Notes under the pieces: model-generated
Databases searched by the model: none
The model's input: only the letters and a program-made list of their open reading frames with translations
Told to the model about the DNA's origin: nothing
Made by a program: the position numbers and the translations under genes
Part shown: positions 8,637 to 17,580 of the stretch, piece by piece
Position numbering within the stretch: position 1 is the stretch's first letter
Layout: the number at the start of each line of letters is the position of its first letter
Assembly (NCBI RefSeq): GCF_001412615.1
Contig: NZ_CP013011.1
Span: 1,440,001-1,472,000 of the forward strand
Length of the DNA stretch: 32,000 nucleotides
Direction: 5' to 3'
Origin: Pyrodictium delaneyi
GTDB taxonomy: Archaea; Thermoproteota; Thermoprotei_A; Sulfolobales; Pyrodictiaceae

Positions 8637-11600
8637 ATGCCGCCAGAGACTAGGCCACGTTGTGGGCCACCGCCTAGCCGTCTCCCGAGCCTGACTGGTA
8701 CTGACGCCCGGCTCCTTGACGAGTACCTGCCGCCGTTGCCTAGTAGGCAGAGGGTCTACCAGCAAGTCGCCGAAGCGCTCAACGAGATGGAGAAGAGCCA
8801 GGACCCGGTGCTAGTGCTCCTCGTGGCCGAGTGGGGCGAGGGGAAGACGAGCATCTACAATGCGCGGGTGAAGCCCTGGCTGGAGGAGAGGGGCTGGAGG
8901 AGCCTAGAAGCCCGCGCTGCCACGGTAATGGCTCATCTCGCCTCGCTGAGGAGCCGTAGCGAGCGCGACCCAGCGTACCGGCTTATGGCCGCGCTGCTCG
9001 CCGCCGGACTCGAGCAGGAGGGCATGCTGGCAGAGCACGGGGCTCCCGATGCTGCTGGGAGCCTCCGGGAATACGTGGATCGTGTCCTCCGCAGCCTCGT
9101 TCCCCGTGGTGGGAAGCTGATAGTCTTCATCGACGAGCTGGAGGACCTCGTGGCCTCGGCCCGGGAGGAGGAGCTAGCAGAGCTAGTCGCCGGGCTCGTT
9201 GGGATACTCAATGGGGACGTCGAGACCGTCTCTGCCCAGTGCCGTGGAGAGGGCTGCATGCCCGGCTCCTTCCATATAGTGGCTAGCCTCACGCCGCCGG
9301 CCTACAGCAGGCTCATGGGTCTCCGCGACTTCGCCACCGTGGCAGCGAGGCTGCGGAGGAGGATACGCAGCGTCTGGATACAGCCACTACCCCGCCGTGA
9401 GGCTTTCGCCTTCCTCGAGAGCCTCGCCCGCTACACGCTCGGCCGGGGGCTCGACGGGCTACTCGAAGACCATAGCCTCGCCCACGCCGTGGTCTCTGGC
9501 ACCCTGGGGAACATGGGGGCGCTCGTCTCGGCGTTCAGGTACCTCGTCTCCTGGGCCCGCGGCCGTGGAGGCTGCGGCGACGGCGTAGCAGTGCTCTCGA
9601 CTGGCGATCTACTCGAGGCATTGCAGGGACTCACTCTGAGCGTTGGGGGCGCCGAGCTGCCAGCCCTCAACAGCGAGGCCTACGCACGGCTAGCCGAGGG
9701 CTGGGGGGCGCGGGCCCGGCTAGCAGGCTTCGACACTGCCGCCGCCCGGAGGCTGCTAGACGAGCTAGTCGCGCGGGGCACTGTCCCTGTCGAGGAGCTG
9801 GCCGTAGCCATTGGGACCCGACTGAGCGTCGTGGCCGAGATGGTGCAAGAGCTCAACGTGTACGGTGAGCAGTCATGGCCGCGCCGGGAGCTAGGCGTAC
9901 AGAGGCTCGTCCATGAGGTCGTGGAGGCTCCAGCAGTCGAAGACGCGTTCAAGCTGCTAAGGGCCGTGGAGCCGGAGGCTGTTAAGCTCCTCCCCCAGCT
10001 GGCTGGAAGGGAGGAGCAGAAGCCGCTAGAGCAGCTACTCGACTCCCTCGTGTACCTCGACTCGGCTGGCCGGCTCGTAGTAGCGGTGCCCGCTGACGAG
10101 CGCATGGCAGCCGACCTAGTGGCGGACGCGTCGCCGCTAGAGCTGAGCCGCGCAGAGGCCGAGAGGCTCGCTGCGCTGCTGTGGGAGGGCATCTTCTCCA
10201 GGTTGCTGGGCTCCGGTGGTGCCCGGGCCTACATGCTCTCGCCGAGGCTCCAGCGTCTACTCTACGTGAGCCCCGAGCTGAGCTACCTAGACTTCATAGC
10301 TGACCGTGTCGAAAGGCTGCAAGTGATACGCCGCGTCTACACCGAGGCAGGCCGAGGCCACCTAGCAGTAGGTGTCTCAGCCCTCCTTGCTGCAGAGGGG
10401 CTGCTGGCAGAGCCGCCAGCACTGCAGGGCGAGGGCGTCGCACGCGCTGAGCTAGTCCTCCAGGGTGGTGCCCGGGCCAGAGTACTCGTCTATGCTGTGC
10501 CGGGCGAGGTAACCGCCGCGGAGGCCCGTAGACTAGAAAGCCAGGTCATGGCTGCACTCATGAGCGGGTGGCGGCCGCACGCGATACTACTAGTACACCA
10601 TGGCGGAGTGGAGCCGCAGGCAAGGCGGCTCCTAGACGCGCTGGAGGGCAAACTCTTCCTAAAGGTGGTAGAGGCCCCGATAGAGTCAATGGTGTCCCGT
10701 GCCCGGCTCCAGGCTCTGGGCGTCAAGCTCGCCGACGAGGCTGGCGGCGTAGAGGAGGCCCTCCGTGCCGCGGTCGAGGCGGCGAGGGACCCGGGGAGGG
10801 CCGAGGAGTTCGGCTTCGACCCGTTGAGGCTCCACTCGCTGCTACGGGAGCTGGCTGAGGAGATACGGCCCCGGGAGAGGCTGGAAAGAGCGCTAGAGGA
10901 GGGCATAGACGGCGCGCCACTAGTGGTGCGGGACCCCCGCCTAGGCTATGACGTGGAGAGGCCTACCGAGCTTAGCGGCGCACTCCGCTACTTCCTCGTA
11001 GTGCCTAGCACCCGTGCATCGGCTCGGGAAGCGCTCCACGCTGCCTACGAATACGTGATGCGGTATCATCTCTACCGGGGCCCCGGCGGCGAGGGCCGGG
11101 GCCTACTAAGCCCGGACATTGACCGCGGCGAGACACAGACCCTGGAGAAGTATATGCTTCTACTAGCCGCCAACGGGTTCCTCGAGAAGAGCAACGGCAC
11201 AGCGAGAATAGACACGTTGAGCCCTATGGAGCGTAGCGTGCTCCGGGCACTGGAGCAGCTCGGCGCCCGTAGCCAAGAGGTCCCCGCATCCAGGGTCTGG
11301 GAGCTGCTGGTAGTGGAAGCACGTAACCCGGGCACTCGGAGGATGCTGCTACAGGCGCTGGCCCACCGCGGCCTCGTGTCCGCTGCCGCCTCGCGGAGGA
11401 TAGACCCGGAGCGCTCCCGGCTAAGGCTACGTGACGGCGAGGAAGCCGCCTGGCAGCTAATACGCGAGGCCCGGGCCATTGTAGAGGAGATCGAGAACGA
11501 CCCCGAGGCAGCCTCCTGGGGCTATGTGGTCTCCGCTAAGGCCCGCGACTACCGCGCCGGCAGCCTAGAGGAGTTCACCCGGAAGATGTACAGCTTGCTA

Positions 11601-13067
11601 GACACAGCCGAGGAGGCCCTAAAGGCTGGCAATACACTGATGGCGCTGAGGCTTGCCCGCACAGTGCTAGACACCGCGGAGTACGTCAGGGACGAGGTCC
11701 TCCGGGGACACGTGAAGCCCGCCGCCGCCGAGGCCAGGAGGTTACGGAGCCTCCTAGAGGACTATGCGGAGAGGATAGAGGAAGCGCGCCGGGCAGCCGA
11801 AAGGATGCTCGAACAGCTGACCGGTAGCCGTGTACAGCTAGAGGTCGAGGGCTTTGAGAGGCTCCAGGAGGCCCTCCACGCGATAGAAGAGATCGAGGAG
11901 TTGCGGCTCAGCGAGAAGCAGCTAGAGGAGGAGGTGCAACAGCTCTGGGAGGAGGCCCGGCGCCGCCACCCCCGCGACCCAGGGCGCCACCTACCATTCT
12001 ACGTCGGTGGCACTGGCCCCGTGCTACACTTCAACTACAAGCTCTGGCTGCTGGCCAAGAGGCTTGAGGAGCTGGGGCTAGCACGGCTAGGCGAGTCTGG
12101 GCTCGAGGAGGGAGAGTGGCTACGCCGCACAATGCAGGCCCTGGAGACGCTGGTCAGCGAGGCCCGGAGGCTGCTAGAAGAGAGTGCTGAGCTACGCCGC
12201 CGCGCTGAGAGGCTAGCCGAGCGGCTGAGGAGGCTCGGCGTAGAGGCCCCCGCGCCGCAGAGCATCGTGCTGCAGGGGCTAAGCGCGCCCGAGAAGCTTG
12301 GCCTCGGCGAGGCCGAGCAGCTGCTCCAGGAGGCCCGGCGCCAGCTAGAGGAGGGGCGGCGCCCGCTACTGGAGCTCGAGGAGCAGGTGGACCGGCTCCT
12401 AGGCGAACTCGAGCAGCTGGAAGAGCTAGCCGCTGAGGCCGAGAGCTGGATACATGGGCTAGAAGAGGCGGCCGAGCGCGCCAGGGCAGCAGGGCTAGCT
12501 GCTAGCCAGAGGCTGCGCGAGGCCCTAGAGGACCTAGCACTGGCACTCGACCAGGCCCAGGCCATGAAGGGCAAGGCCCAGGCAGTGCTACAGCAGCCCG
12601 GCAGACTGCTAGACGCGCTCAGGGATGCCCGCAGCCTTGTCGAGAGCGCGCTCACCCTGCTACGCGACAGTCTAGAGAGGAGCAAGAGGATACACGCGGA
12701 CGCGGTAGCGGAGGCCGAGAGGCAGCGCCAGGCCCTAGAGGCCGAGGCCCAGGCGCTCCGCGAGGCGCTGGAGAGGACCGGGGCAAGGGCGCCACAGCCG
12801 CCACGCAGCAGCGACCCGTTCACCGCTATAGCTGGGCTCCACGAGTACATCGAGAAGCTGCGACGCATGGCGGCTGAGGCGGGGGTACTATCGCAGATGG
12901 AGATGGAGGCCTACCGGGTGGTGGCCCTTGAGCGTAGGAGGCGCGGCGAGCTGCTGCTACGAGAAGCAGCCGAGCTAGTAGCGGAGAGCCTCGGCATAGA
13001 CCTCGAGGAGGCTCGCCGTATACTCATAGCCCTCATCGAGAAGGAGATACTCGAGCCAAGGCTATAG
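8637..13067 (+). CDS. Very large P-loop NTPase (KAP/ORC-like AAA-type N-domain) with winged-helix-like segments and a long C-terminal coiled coil; function unknown
   Basis: Walker A VAEWGEGKTS (nt 8835-8852) and Walker B KLIVFIDELED (nt 9117-9146). An AAA-lid-like segment reads IRSVWIQPLPRREAFAFLESL. HTH-like segments include LLDELVARGTVPVEELAVAIG, SVLRALEQLGARSQEVPAS and the C-terminal LVAESLGIDLEEARRILIALIEK. Residues from about 950 to 1400 are E/R/L/A heptad-rich. Continuous codon-like coding runs over 4.4 kb. The true start could be downstream (in-frame TTG in PPLPS, or the ATG in NEMEKS). Confidence 0.8.
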   Translation: MPPETRPRCGPPPSRLPSLTGTDARLLDEYLPPLPSRQRVYQQVAEALNEMEKSQDPVLVLLVAEWGEGKTSIYNARVKPWLEERGWRSLEARAATVMAHLASLRSRSERDPAYRLMAALLAAGLEQEGMLAEHGAPDAAGSLREYVDRVLRSLVPRGGKLIVFIDELEDLVASAREEELAELVAGLVGILNGDVETVSAQCRGEGCMPGSFHIVASLTPPAYSRLMGLRDFATVAARLRRRIRSVWIQPLPRREAFAFLESLARYTLGRGLDGLLEDHSLAHAVVSGTLGNMGALVSAFRYLVSWARGRGGCGDGVAVLSTGDLLEALQGLTLSVGGAELPALNSEAYARLAEGWGARARLAGFDTAAARRLLDELVARGTVPVEELAVAIGTRLSVVAEMVQELNVYGEQSWPRRELGVQRLVHEVVEAPAVEDAFKLLRAVEPEAVKLLPQLAGREEQKPLEQLLDSLVYLDSAGRLVVAVPADERMAADLVADASPLELSRAEAERLAALLWEGIFSRLLGSGGARAYMLSPRLQRLLYVSPELSYLDFIADRVERLQVIRRVYTEAGRGHLAVGVSALLAAEGLLAEPPALQGEGVARAELVLQGGARARVLVYAVPGEVTAAEARRLESQVMAALMSGWRPHAILLVHHGGVEPQARRLLDALEGKLFLKVVEAPIESMVSRARLQALGVKLADEAGGVEEALRAAVEAARDPGRAEEFGFDPLRLHSLLRELAEEIRPRERLERALEEGIDGAPLVVRDPRLGYDVERPTELSGALRYFLVVPSTRASAREALHAAYEYVMRYHLYRGPGGEGRGLLSPDIDRGETQTLEKYMLLLAANGFLEKSNGTARIDTLSPMERSVLRALEQLGARSQEVPASRVWELLVVEARNPGTRRMLLQALAHRGLVSAAASRRIDPERSRLRLRDGEEAAWQLIREARAIVEEIENDPEAASWGYVVSAKARDYRAGSLEEFTRKMYSLLDTAEEALKAGNTLMALRLARTVLDTAEYVRDEVLRGHVKPAAAEARRLRSLLEDYAERIEEARRAAERMLEQLTGSRVQLEVEGFERLQEALHAIEEIEELRLSEKQLEEEVQQLWEEARRRHPRDPGRHLPFYVGGTGPVLHFNYKLWLLAKRLEELGLARLGESGLEEGEWLRRTMQALETLVSEARRLLEESAELRRRAERLAERLRRLGVEAPAPQSIVLQGLSAPEKLGLGEAEQLLQEARRQLEEGRRPLLELEEQVDRLLGELEQLEELAAEAESWIHGLEEAAERARAAGLAASQRLREALEDLALALDQAQAMKGKAQAVLQQPGRLLDALRDARSLVESALTLLRDSLERSKRIHADAVAEAERQRQALEAEAQALREALERTGARAPQPPRSSDPFTAIAGLHEYIEKLRRMAAEAGVLSQMEMEAYRVVALERRRRGELLLREAAELVAESLGIDLEEARRILIALIEKEILEPRL

Positions 13068-13110
13068 CCAAGCCCTAAGCCACAGCAGTCTCCCACGGTT
13101 CTTACGATCC

Positions 13111-13125
13111 CTCGGGTTTTCTCGC
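13111..13125 (+). terminator. Possible oligo-T terminator after the giant ORF
   Basis: CTCGGGTTTTCTCGC lies about 45 nt after the stop at 13067. Confidence 0.3.
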
Positions 13126-13347
13126 CCCAGCTCCGGGAGCCTAGTCTCCTGGTCTTACACTGCAGCCCCGCGTCCACTAGCCGTGCTGGCCTAGAGGCAC
13201 GGGGAGCGAGTAGATTCGGCCATGTGTAGCTAAGGCTATAGATTAGTGTCCGGGTTCCTGTGGTACCAGGGTGTGTCTCTACCCGTGTTCTCCGGCTCAG
13301 AGGCAGCCAGCAGCCAAGGAGCCTGGTAGACTGGGGCCTGGATAGTA

Positions 13348-14046
13348 TTGCGGGGTAGCCGTAGGCTTGACGAGTATCTGCGTGAGCTCGGCAGCGCTGT
13401 AAGGAACAGACAGGTGGATGTAGAGGCACTCGTGCGACGCATAGTCGAGGAGGCTGTACGGGAGGCCGGCTGCAGCACAGTCGCTTCTCCGGATCCTGGC
13501 CTCCTGGAGAGGCTAGAGCGTATCGAGCAGCGGCTAGAGAATATTGAGAAGAGGCTTGAGCGGCTAGAGCGCCAGGGCAGCGGGGGCTTCTCGAGGAGGG
13601 ATATCGAGGAGCTCGCCCGAGCTATAGCATCCGCCGTAGCTGCTGCCGTCAAGCCCCCAGGAGCCCAGCAGAGCCGGAGAGACGAGCCACGCTGGCTACG
13701 CGCCGTCGTGGAGCGGCTCCGGGGCCGTGGCTATGTTGTTCTCCGCGAGCTTCCGCCGGAGATCCGGGAGGGCTTCGACCCCGAGGATGCCCGGAGACGC
13801 GGCCTAGTAGTAGCCAGTATCGGGGGCGAGACCGTCGTATTCACCAGGCAAGGGCTCCGTGACTTCTTGGAGCGGCTCCGGGGGCTTCGTGCGAGCGACG
13901 AGTATGAGGCAGAGGCTCAGCTGGGCCGGTACAAGCTGCTATTCCGCCTCCTCCGGGAGGAGGGCCTCGTCTACTACGCTGGGCCGGGTCGCGGCTGGGT
14001 GCTCCAAGGCCAGCTAGAGAGACTAGCCCATGAGGAGCTTGTATAG
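13348..14046 (+). CDS. Hypothetical coiled-coil protein (possible partner of the giant NTPase)
   Basis: A 232-aa ORF with no internal Met codon, so it must start at TTG 13348 or GTG 13414. It carries the perfect heptad stretch LLERLERIEQRLENIEKRLERLERQ. The C-terminal half (RGYVVLRELPPEI...VVFTRQGLRDFLERL) looks globular. Confidence 0.55.
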   Translation: MRGSRRLDEYLRELGSAVRNRQVDVEALVRRIVEEAVREAGCSTVASPDPGLLERLERIEQRLENIEKRLERLERQGSGGFSRRDIEELARAIASAVAAAVKPPGAQQSRRDEPRWLRAVVERLRGRGYVVLRELPPEIREGFDPEDARRRGLVVASIGGETVVFTRQGLRDFLERLRGLRASDEYEAEAQLGRYKLLFRLLREEGLVYYAGPGRGWVLQGQLERLAHEELV

Positions 14047-14553
14047 CAGGAGGCCGGCCACCGTCTTCCCGTCCCGTATCTCGCCCCGCCTTATCATCTC
14101 CAGGGCCTCGTCCATGGAGACCCAGAGGGTCTCTATCAGCTCGTCCTCCTCGGGCCTGGCCCCGGCCTCGCGCAGGTCACCAGCCGCGTAGATGTACATC
14201 ACCTCCGTCGAGATCCCAGGGCTAGTATAGAACCTGGCCAGTAGCCGGAGCCAGCCCGGCTCGTAGCCTGTCTCCTCCACCAGCTCCCGGCGCGCTGTCT
14301 CCTCCGGCGACTCTCCCGGCTCAAGGGTGCCGGCGGGTATCTCGTAGAGCCACTCTCCCACACTAGGACGATACTGGCGCTCCAGCAGCACCCTTCCAGA
14401 ACCGTCGACAGCCACTATCGCCACTGCGCCGGGATGACGCAGCGTATCATAGACCTGCCTTCGGCCGCGTATGACCGCCTCTACTTGGCCGAATACAAAG
14501 CGCCTGCCACGGCAAAGCTCGCGAAACCCCAGGATACGCGGCTCTACCTCCAC
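14023..14553 (-). CDS. Nudix hydrolase (ADP-ribose pyrophosphatase-like)
   Basis: The Nudix box GTLEPGESPEETARRELVEETGY matches GX5EX7REUXEEXGU. It has a convergent 24-nt 3' overlap with the previous gene. Confidence 0.9.
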   Translation of the reverse strand: MEVEPRILGFRELCRGRRFVFGQVEAVIRGRRQVYDTLRHPGAVAIVAVDGSGRVLLERQYRPSVGEWLYEIPAGTLEPGESPEETARRELVEETGYEPGWLRLLARFYTSPGISTEVMYIYAAGDLREAGARPEEDELIETLWVSMDEALEMIRRGEIRDGKTVAGLLLYKLLMG

Positions 14554-15041
14554 ACCCAGAACACCCTGGCCCTATCCGCTCCGCAGACTAGATAGAGGTT
14601 AGCACGCTAGCAGGCATTAGCTGCAACATAATCATCACATGCTCCCGCACCGATTATCTAACGACAGGAAGAATAGAATTTTAGGGTGAACGAGCAACTA
14701 ACCCCCGCTCCCAGTGACTAGTTATGTTGCTTCGAATCCCGATTCACAATCCTTGACACCGGGCAGCTAAACGGCCGAAAGCAATAGAGCATGCCAGTAT
14801 CACAAACCCCTCTATGACGCGAGTCAATCCACTGTCCTAGCAATTACTGTGCTGGTTACACTGTCATACCCTACCATTTACAATTCAACTCCCTAAGGCT
14901 AATACGCGGGGACAGGGCAGCATACCAACCCGATGTACTAGCTACACTCTGCTACCTGACACACAAATCTATTTATCATTATTTATAACTTGGATAGCCG
15001 AATGTCGTATATACCTGGAACGCTAAACTATATTGAATACC

Positions 15042-15056
15042 TATATATATATATAT
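15042..15056. repeat. (TA)7.5 microsatellite; also the probable TATA region of the 15100 gene
   Basis: TATATATATATATAT lies 44 nt upstream of GTG 15100. The SD-like GGGGTGAT at 15084-15091 lies between them. Confidence 0.7.
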
Positions 15057-15099
15057 CAACATCATGTATAGTTCACCCGCGCCGGGGTGATACAGCCTG

Positions 15100-16719
15100 G
15101 TGCTCCTACACGGCTCAAAAACTGCAGCAATGCTAACTATAGCACTGATACTAGCCGCGTCATCAACTATGCTTGTAAAGCATTACACTACAGCAACCAT
15201 CTACGAGGATAGGTCTACTATTGTTACGGCAACTCGGCCTCTGATATCGAGAGGCCCACCGGTACTAACGATAGAGGTTAGCGACCAACAAGGAAGACCA
15301 GTAGACTTCTACGCTACGATAAGCATGCCTGCTGCCAACGGCAGTCTCATACACAGTAAGCCAGTGCGCGGTCATGGTCAAGCCACGATAGAGCTAACGA
15401 AGTACGCCGAGGAGCTATCAAGGCTGTTAGACTCGATAAACGCGGCAGGCAAACGGCTCCAAAAGATAGGGATACTAGTACTCCTAACCAGTGTAGAGAT
15501 AGAGAACGGCAAACCAGTAGTAGTCACCGATGCGTTTACCGTACCCATTAGCCTAGACGTGTTGAAGCCAGGCTACCATATAAAGGCAGTACACAAGTTC
15601 ACCCCCAAGGCCAAGACTGAGGCTAAGCAGGCGAAGCCACAGATACAGCTAGCAGCACCAAAACTAGACCTAGCCACGAGCCCCGTAGAGCCCACAGTCA
15701 ACGGACCATGCGTAGACTACGGCTTTAGCGTCACATGCTACTACTGGGAGCTAGACCAGATAGTATACCCTCCAAGCGGCGTAGACAACACCGTAAACAT
15801 GCCCTTCACAATAGTTGATGTAGCCCCAAGCAACGGCATCGACTCGCCAGCACAGAAGACAGAATCTGTGATAGTAAGTAACGTTATACGACTCCAGCTA
15901 TACACTATAGAAGAAGTAGAGATAGGGCTAGTAGTGGACTTCACACTGCTAGGCGGGTCTGTCACGATACCAGGACCAGCATTCGTAGACAGTATAAGAA
16001 ACTATGATACCTCCATCAAGACACTCCTAGACGTACAGTGTACATTCCTGAATACCCTCAACAGCCTGCCTGGGTCAAAGTGCACGCTGAATGGTATCGA
16101 TGCAGCTATCCCCGACTACTATTATGCAGCATACCTGGCTACTGGTGCTGAGGGTAGGCTATGGGTAGCAAAATATAACCTTATAGCTGAGACCTGCGAC
16201 CTGGACGGCATTTGCTACACTGAGAGTATTGGTAGCAACTATGCAGCATACTTTATACCCATCTACAATATCTTCGGGTACTTCGAACCCTACGTGGAGG
16301 TACAGGACGATTACTACAACTATGGTGGCTACCTCTACCGTGTGCTCGACGACTTAAGAAGCAAAATGGAAACAGCCACTATACTGAGCGGATACTATAA
16401 CGATAGACAATTCAACTACTATAGTGTAATCGTTGACGTGAATGGAGAGACGTACATGTCGGTATCTCTCCCCGTAGGCTCCGTAGCGGCTATAGTCTCG
16501 GGACTCAACCTGCCAATGGCTGCTACAACACTCAGCTTTACAGTAACATCTAGCGTGTACTACATTACCGCGTATGAAAGCCTATCGACTGTAACTATAG
16601 ATATAGATACGTCGGTATACCCAGGTATGCAGTATAGCAGTGAAGTCCTGAAGACCGATATGATGGTTGTACCAGATAACGGCGTCTTCACAATCCCGTT
16701 GATGGCCTTAAGACCGTGA
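15100..16719 (+). CDS. Secreted or membrane-anchored hypothetical protein (orphan, Tyr/Asn/Thr-rich)
   Basis: N-terminal hydrophobic anchor AAMLTIALILAASSTMLV. Three closely spaced Cys pairs (CVDYGFSVTC, CTFLNTLNSLPGSKC, CDLDGIC) suggest extracellular disulfides. GC is lower than the flanks. I recognise no family. Confidence 0.65.
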   Translation: MLLHGSKTAAMLTIALILAASSTMLVKHYTTATIYEDRSTIVTATRPLISRGPPVLTIEVSDQQGRPVDFYATISMPAANGSLIHSKPVRGHGQATIELTKYAEELSRLLDSINAAGKRLQKIGILVLLTSVEIENGKPVVVTDAFTVPISLDVLKPGYHIKAVHKFTPKAKTEAKQAKPQIQLAAPKLDLATSPVEPTVNGPCVDYGFSVTCYYWELDQIVYPPSGVDNTVNMPFTIVDVAPSNGIDSPAQKTESVIVSNVIRLQLYTIEEVEIGLVVDFTLLGGSVTIPGPAFVDSIRNYDTSIKTLLDVQCTFLNTLNSLPGSKCTLNGIDAAIPDYYYAAYLATGAEGRLWVAKYNLIAETCDLDGICYTESIGSNYAAYFIPIYNIFGYFEPYVEVQDDYYNYGGYLYRVLDDLRSKMETATILSGYYNDRQFNYYSVIVDVNGETYMSVSLPVGSVAAIVSGLNLPMAATTLSFTVTSSVYYITAYESLSTVTIDIDTSVYPGMQYSSEVLKTDMMVVPDNGVFTIPLMALRP

Positions 16720-16948
16720 CAAGAATAACTTGCTTACACAAAGACATGGCCATCGATGGTACCTAGAACGTAGATGCATACTCTCTTTTTCGCAGCTGTA
16801 TTCCCCGTAAGCCGTTTTGCTTGATGGATAGCTGCCGCGCAGTGAAAGACCGGGCTTATGGCTAGCTAGCCCTATTATCCTGTGCCCATGTTGGAGGACT
16901 GACAAGGATTAATAATATTTAGGCTAATGTGTTAAGCCATTAGTGTGA

Positions 16949-17560
16949 ATGCCTACATGCTCTGAGAGATGTGGCCCCAAGCACCAGCTTAGCGGAGGGT
17001 TGGGTACGATCTTGTCTAGTAGAGTTGTCCTAGTACCGTTCCACCTGGCCAGGCTTGGTAAGAGGATAGTGGGCCTAGACGCGTTCTTCTGGCCAAGCCT
17101 AGAGAAGAGGTACCGGGTAGTTCTCCTAGTACACCCTGCTGAGAGGCTAGGAGAAGCTGCCATAGAAGGCTGTCAACTCCCTGCACAAGTGGATATAGGA
17201 AGTCAAATCGGCGAGATACGGGAAATCGCGCAACGTAAGCCAGAGGGACCTCGGGCACCACGTGCTACTATGCGGCGGAGGTTTGCCTGGTTCCTGTTGC
17301 CACTCAACATGCTCCGCGATATGCTGCGCAGCGAAGCCGAGGAGTTCCAGTTATCGGAGGAGCTGCAAGCTGTGGGCCTTGCCAAGATTCTTAGAGAGTT
17401 GGAGCCTCTCGGGGAGACCCGTTACGCAGTCTTCGAGCCAGTGGAGGAGGATGGCGAGAAGCTGCTCTTACCCGTTGACGATCATATGAGGAGGATATAT
17501 CGGGAGCTAGCACGCCGCGACCAGGGCTATAGAAGGGCAGCAAGCCAGGCAGGATGCTAG
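16949..17560 (+). CDS. Hypothetical protein; only the C-terminal ~97 aa (from ATG 17270) look protein-like
   Basis: MRRRFAWFLLPLNMLRDMLRSEAEEFQLSEELQAVGLAKILRELEPLGETRYAVFEPVEEDGEKLL has ordinary composition. The upstream 107 codons are doubtful. No family recognised. Confidence 0.35.
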   Translation: MPTCSERCGPKHQLSGGLGTILSSRVVLVPFHLARLGKRIVGLDAFFWPSLEKRYRVVLLVHPAERLGEAAIEGCQLPAQVDIGSQIGEIREIAQRKPEGPRAPRATMRRRFAWFLLPLNMLRDMLRSEAEEFQLSEELQAVGLAKILRELEPLGETRYAVFEPVEEDGEKLLLPVDDHMRRIYRELARRDQGYRRAASQAGC

Positions 17561-17580
17561 ACGCATTAGCTTAGGGAGAA

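Noticed and set aside
12035-12868. A 277-aa minus-strand ORF (Ser/Ala/Arg-rich), and similar long ORFs at 9680..10192, 10490..10906, 11072..11479, 8933..9292 and 12911..13429
   Set aside because: They are antisense shadows of the GC-rich, GAG/CTC/GCC-rich giant gene. The low-complexity S/A/R composition carries no motifs, and the sense frame has clear Walker motifs and heptads.
14731-14750. TTCGAATCCCGATTCAC, resembling a tRNA T-loop and 3' half (a possible att remnant), with a weakly similar TTCGAAACCCTATCTAAC at about 19098
   Set aside because: There is no complementary T-stem 5' half, no acceptor-stem pairing and no full cloverleaf. The putative acceptor strand is AT-rich, unlike hyperthermophile tRNAs. 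The similarity between the two copies is too short to call direct repeats.
14701-15088. Inverted TCAC-N7-GGGG(G)T motifs at 14701-18 (minus) and 15071-88 (plus) flanking the AT-rich stretch, plus ORB-core-like ACCACAGGAAC at about 13262-13272, suggesting a replication origin
   Set aside because: The right-hand GGGGTGAT is better explained as the Shine-Dalgarno of the 15100 gene. The motifs share only 9 fixed positions. CCACAGG-type 8-9-mers also occur inside several CDSs (for example near 19527, 28234 and 30766). No orc1/cdc6 or whiP gene is adjacent.
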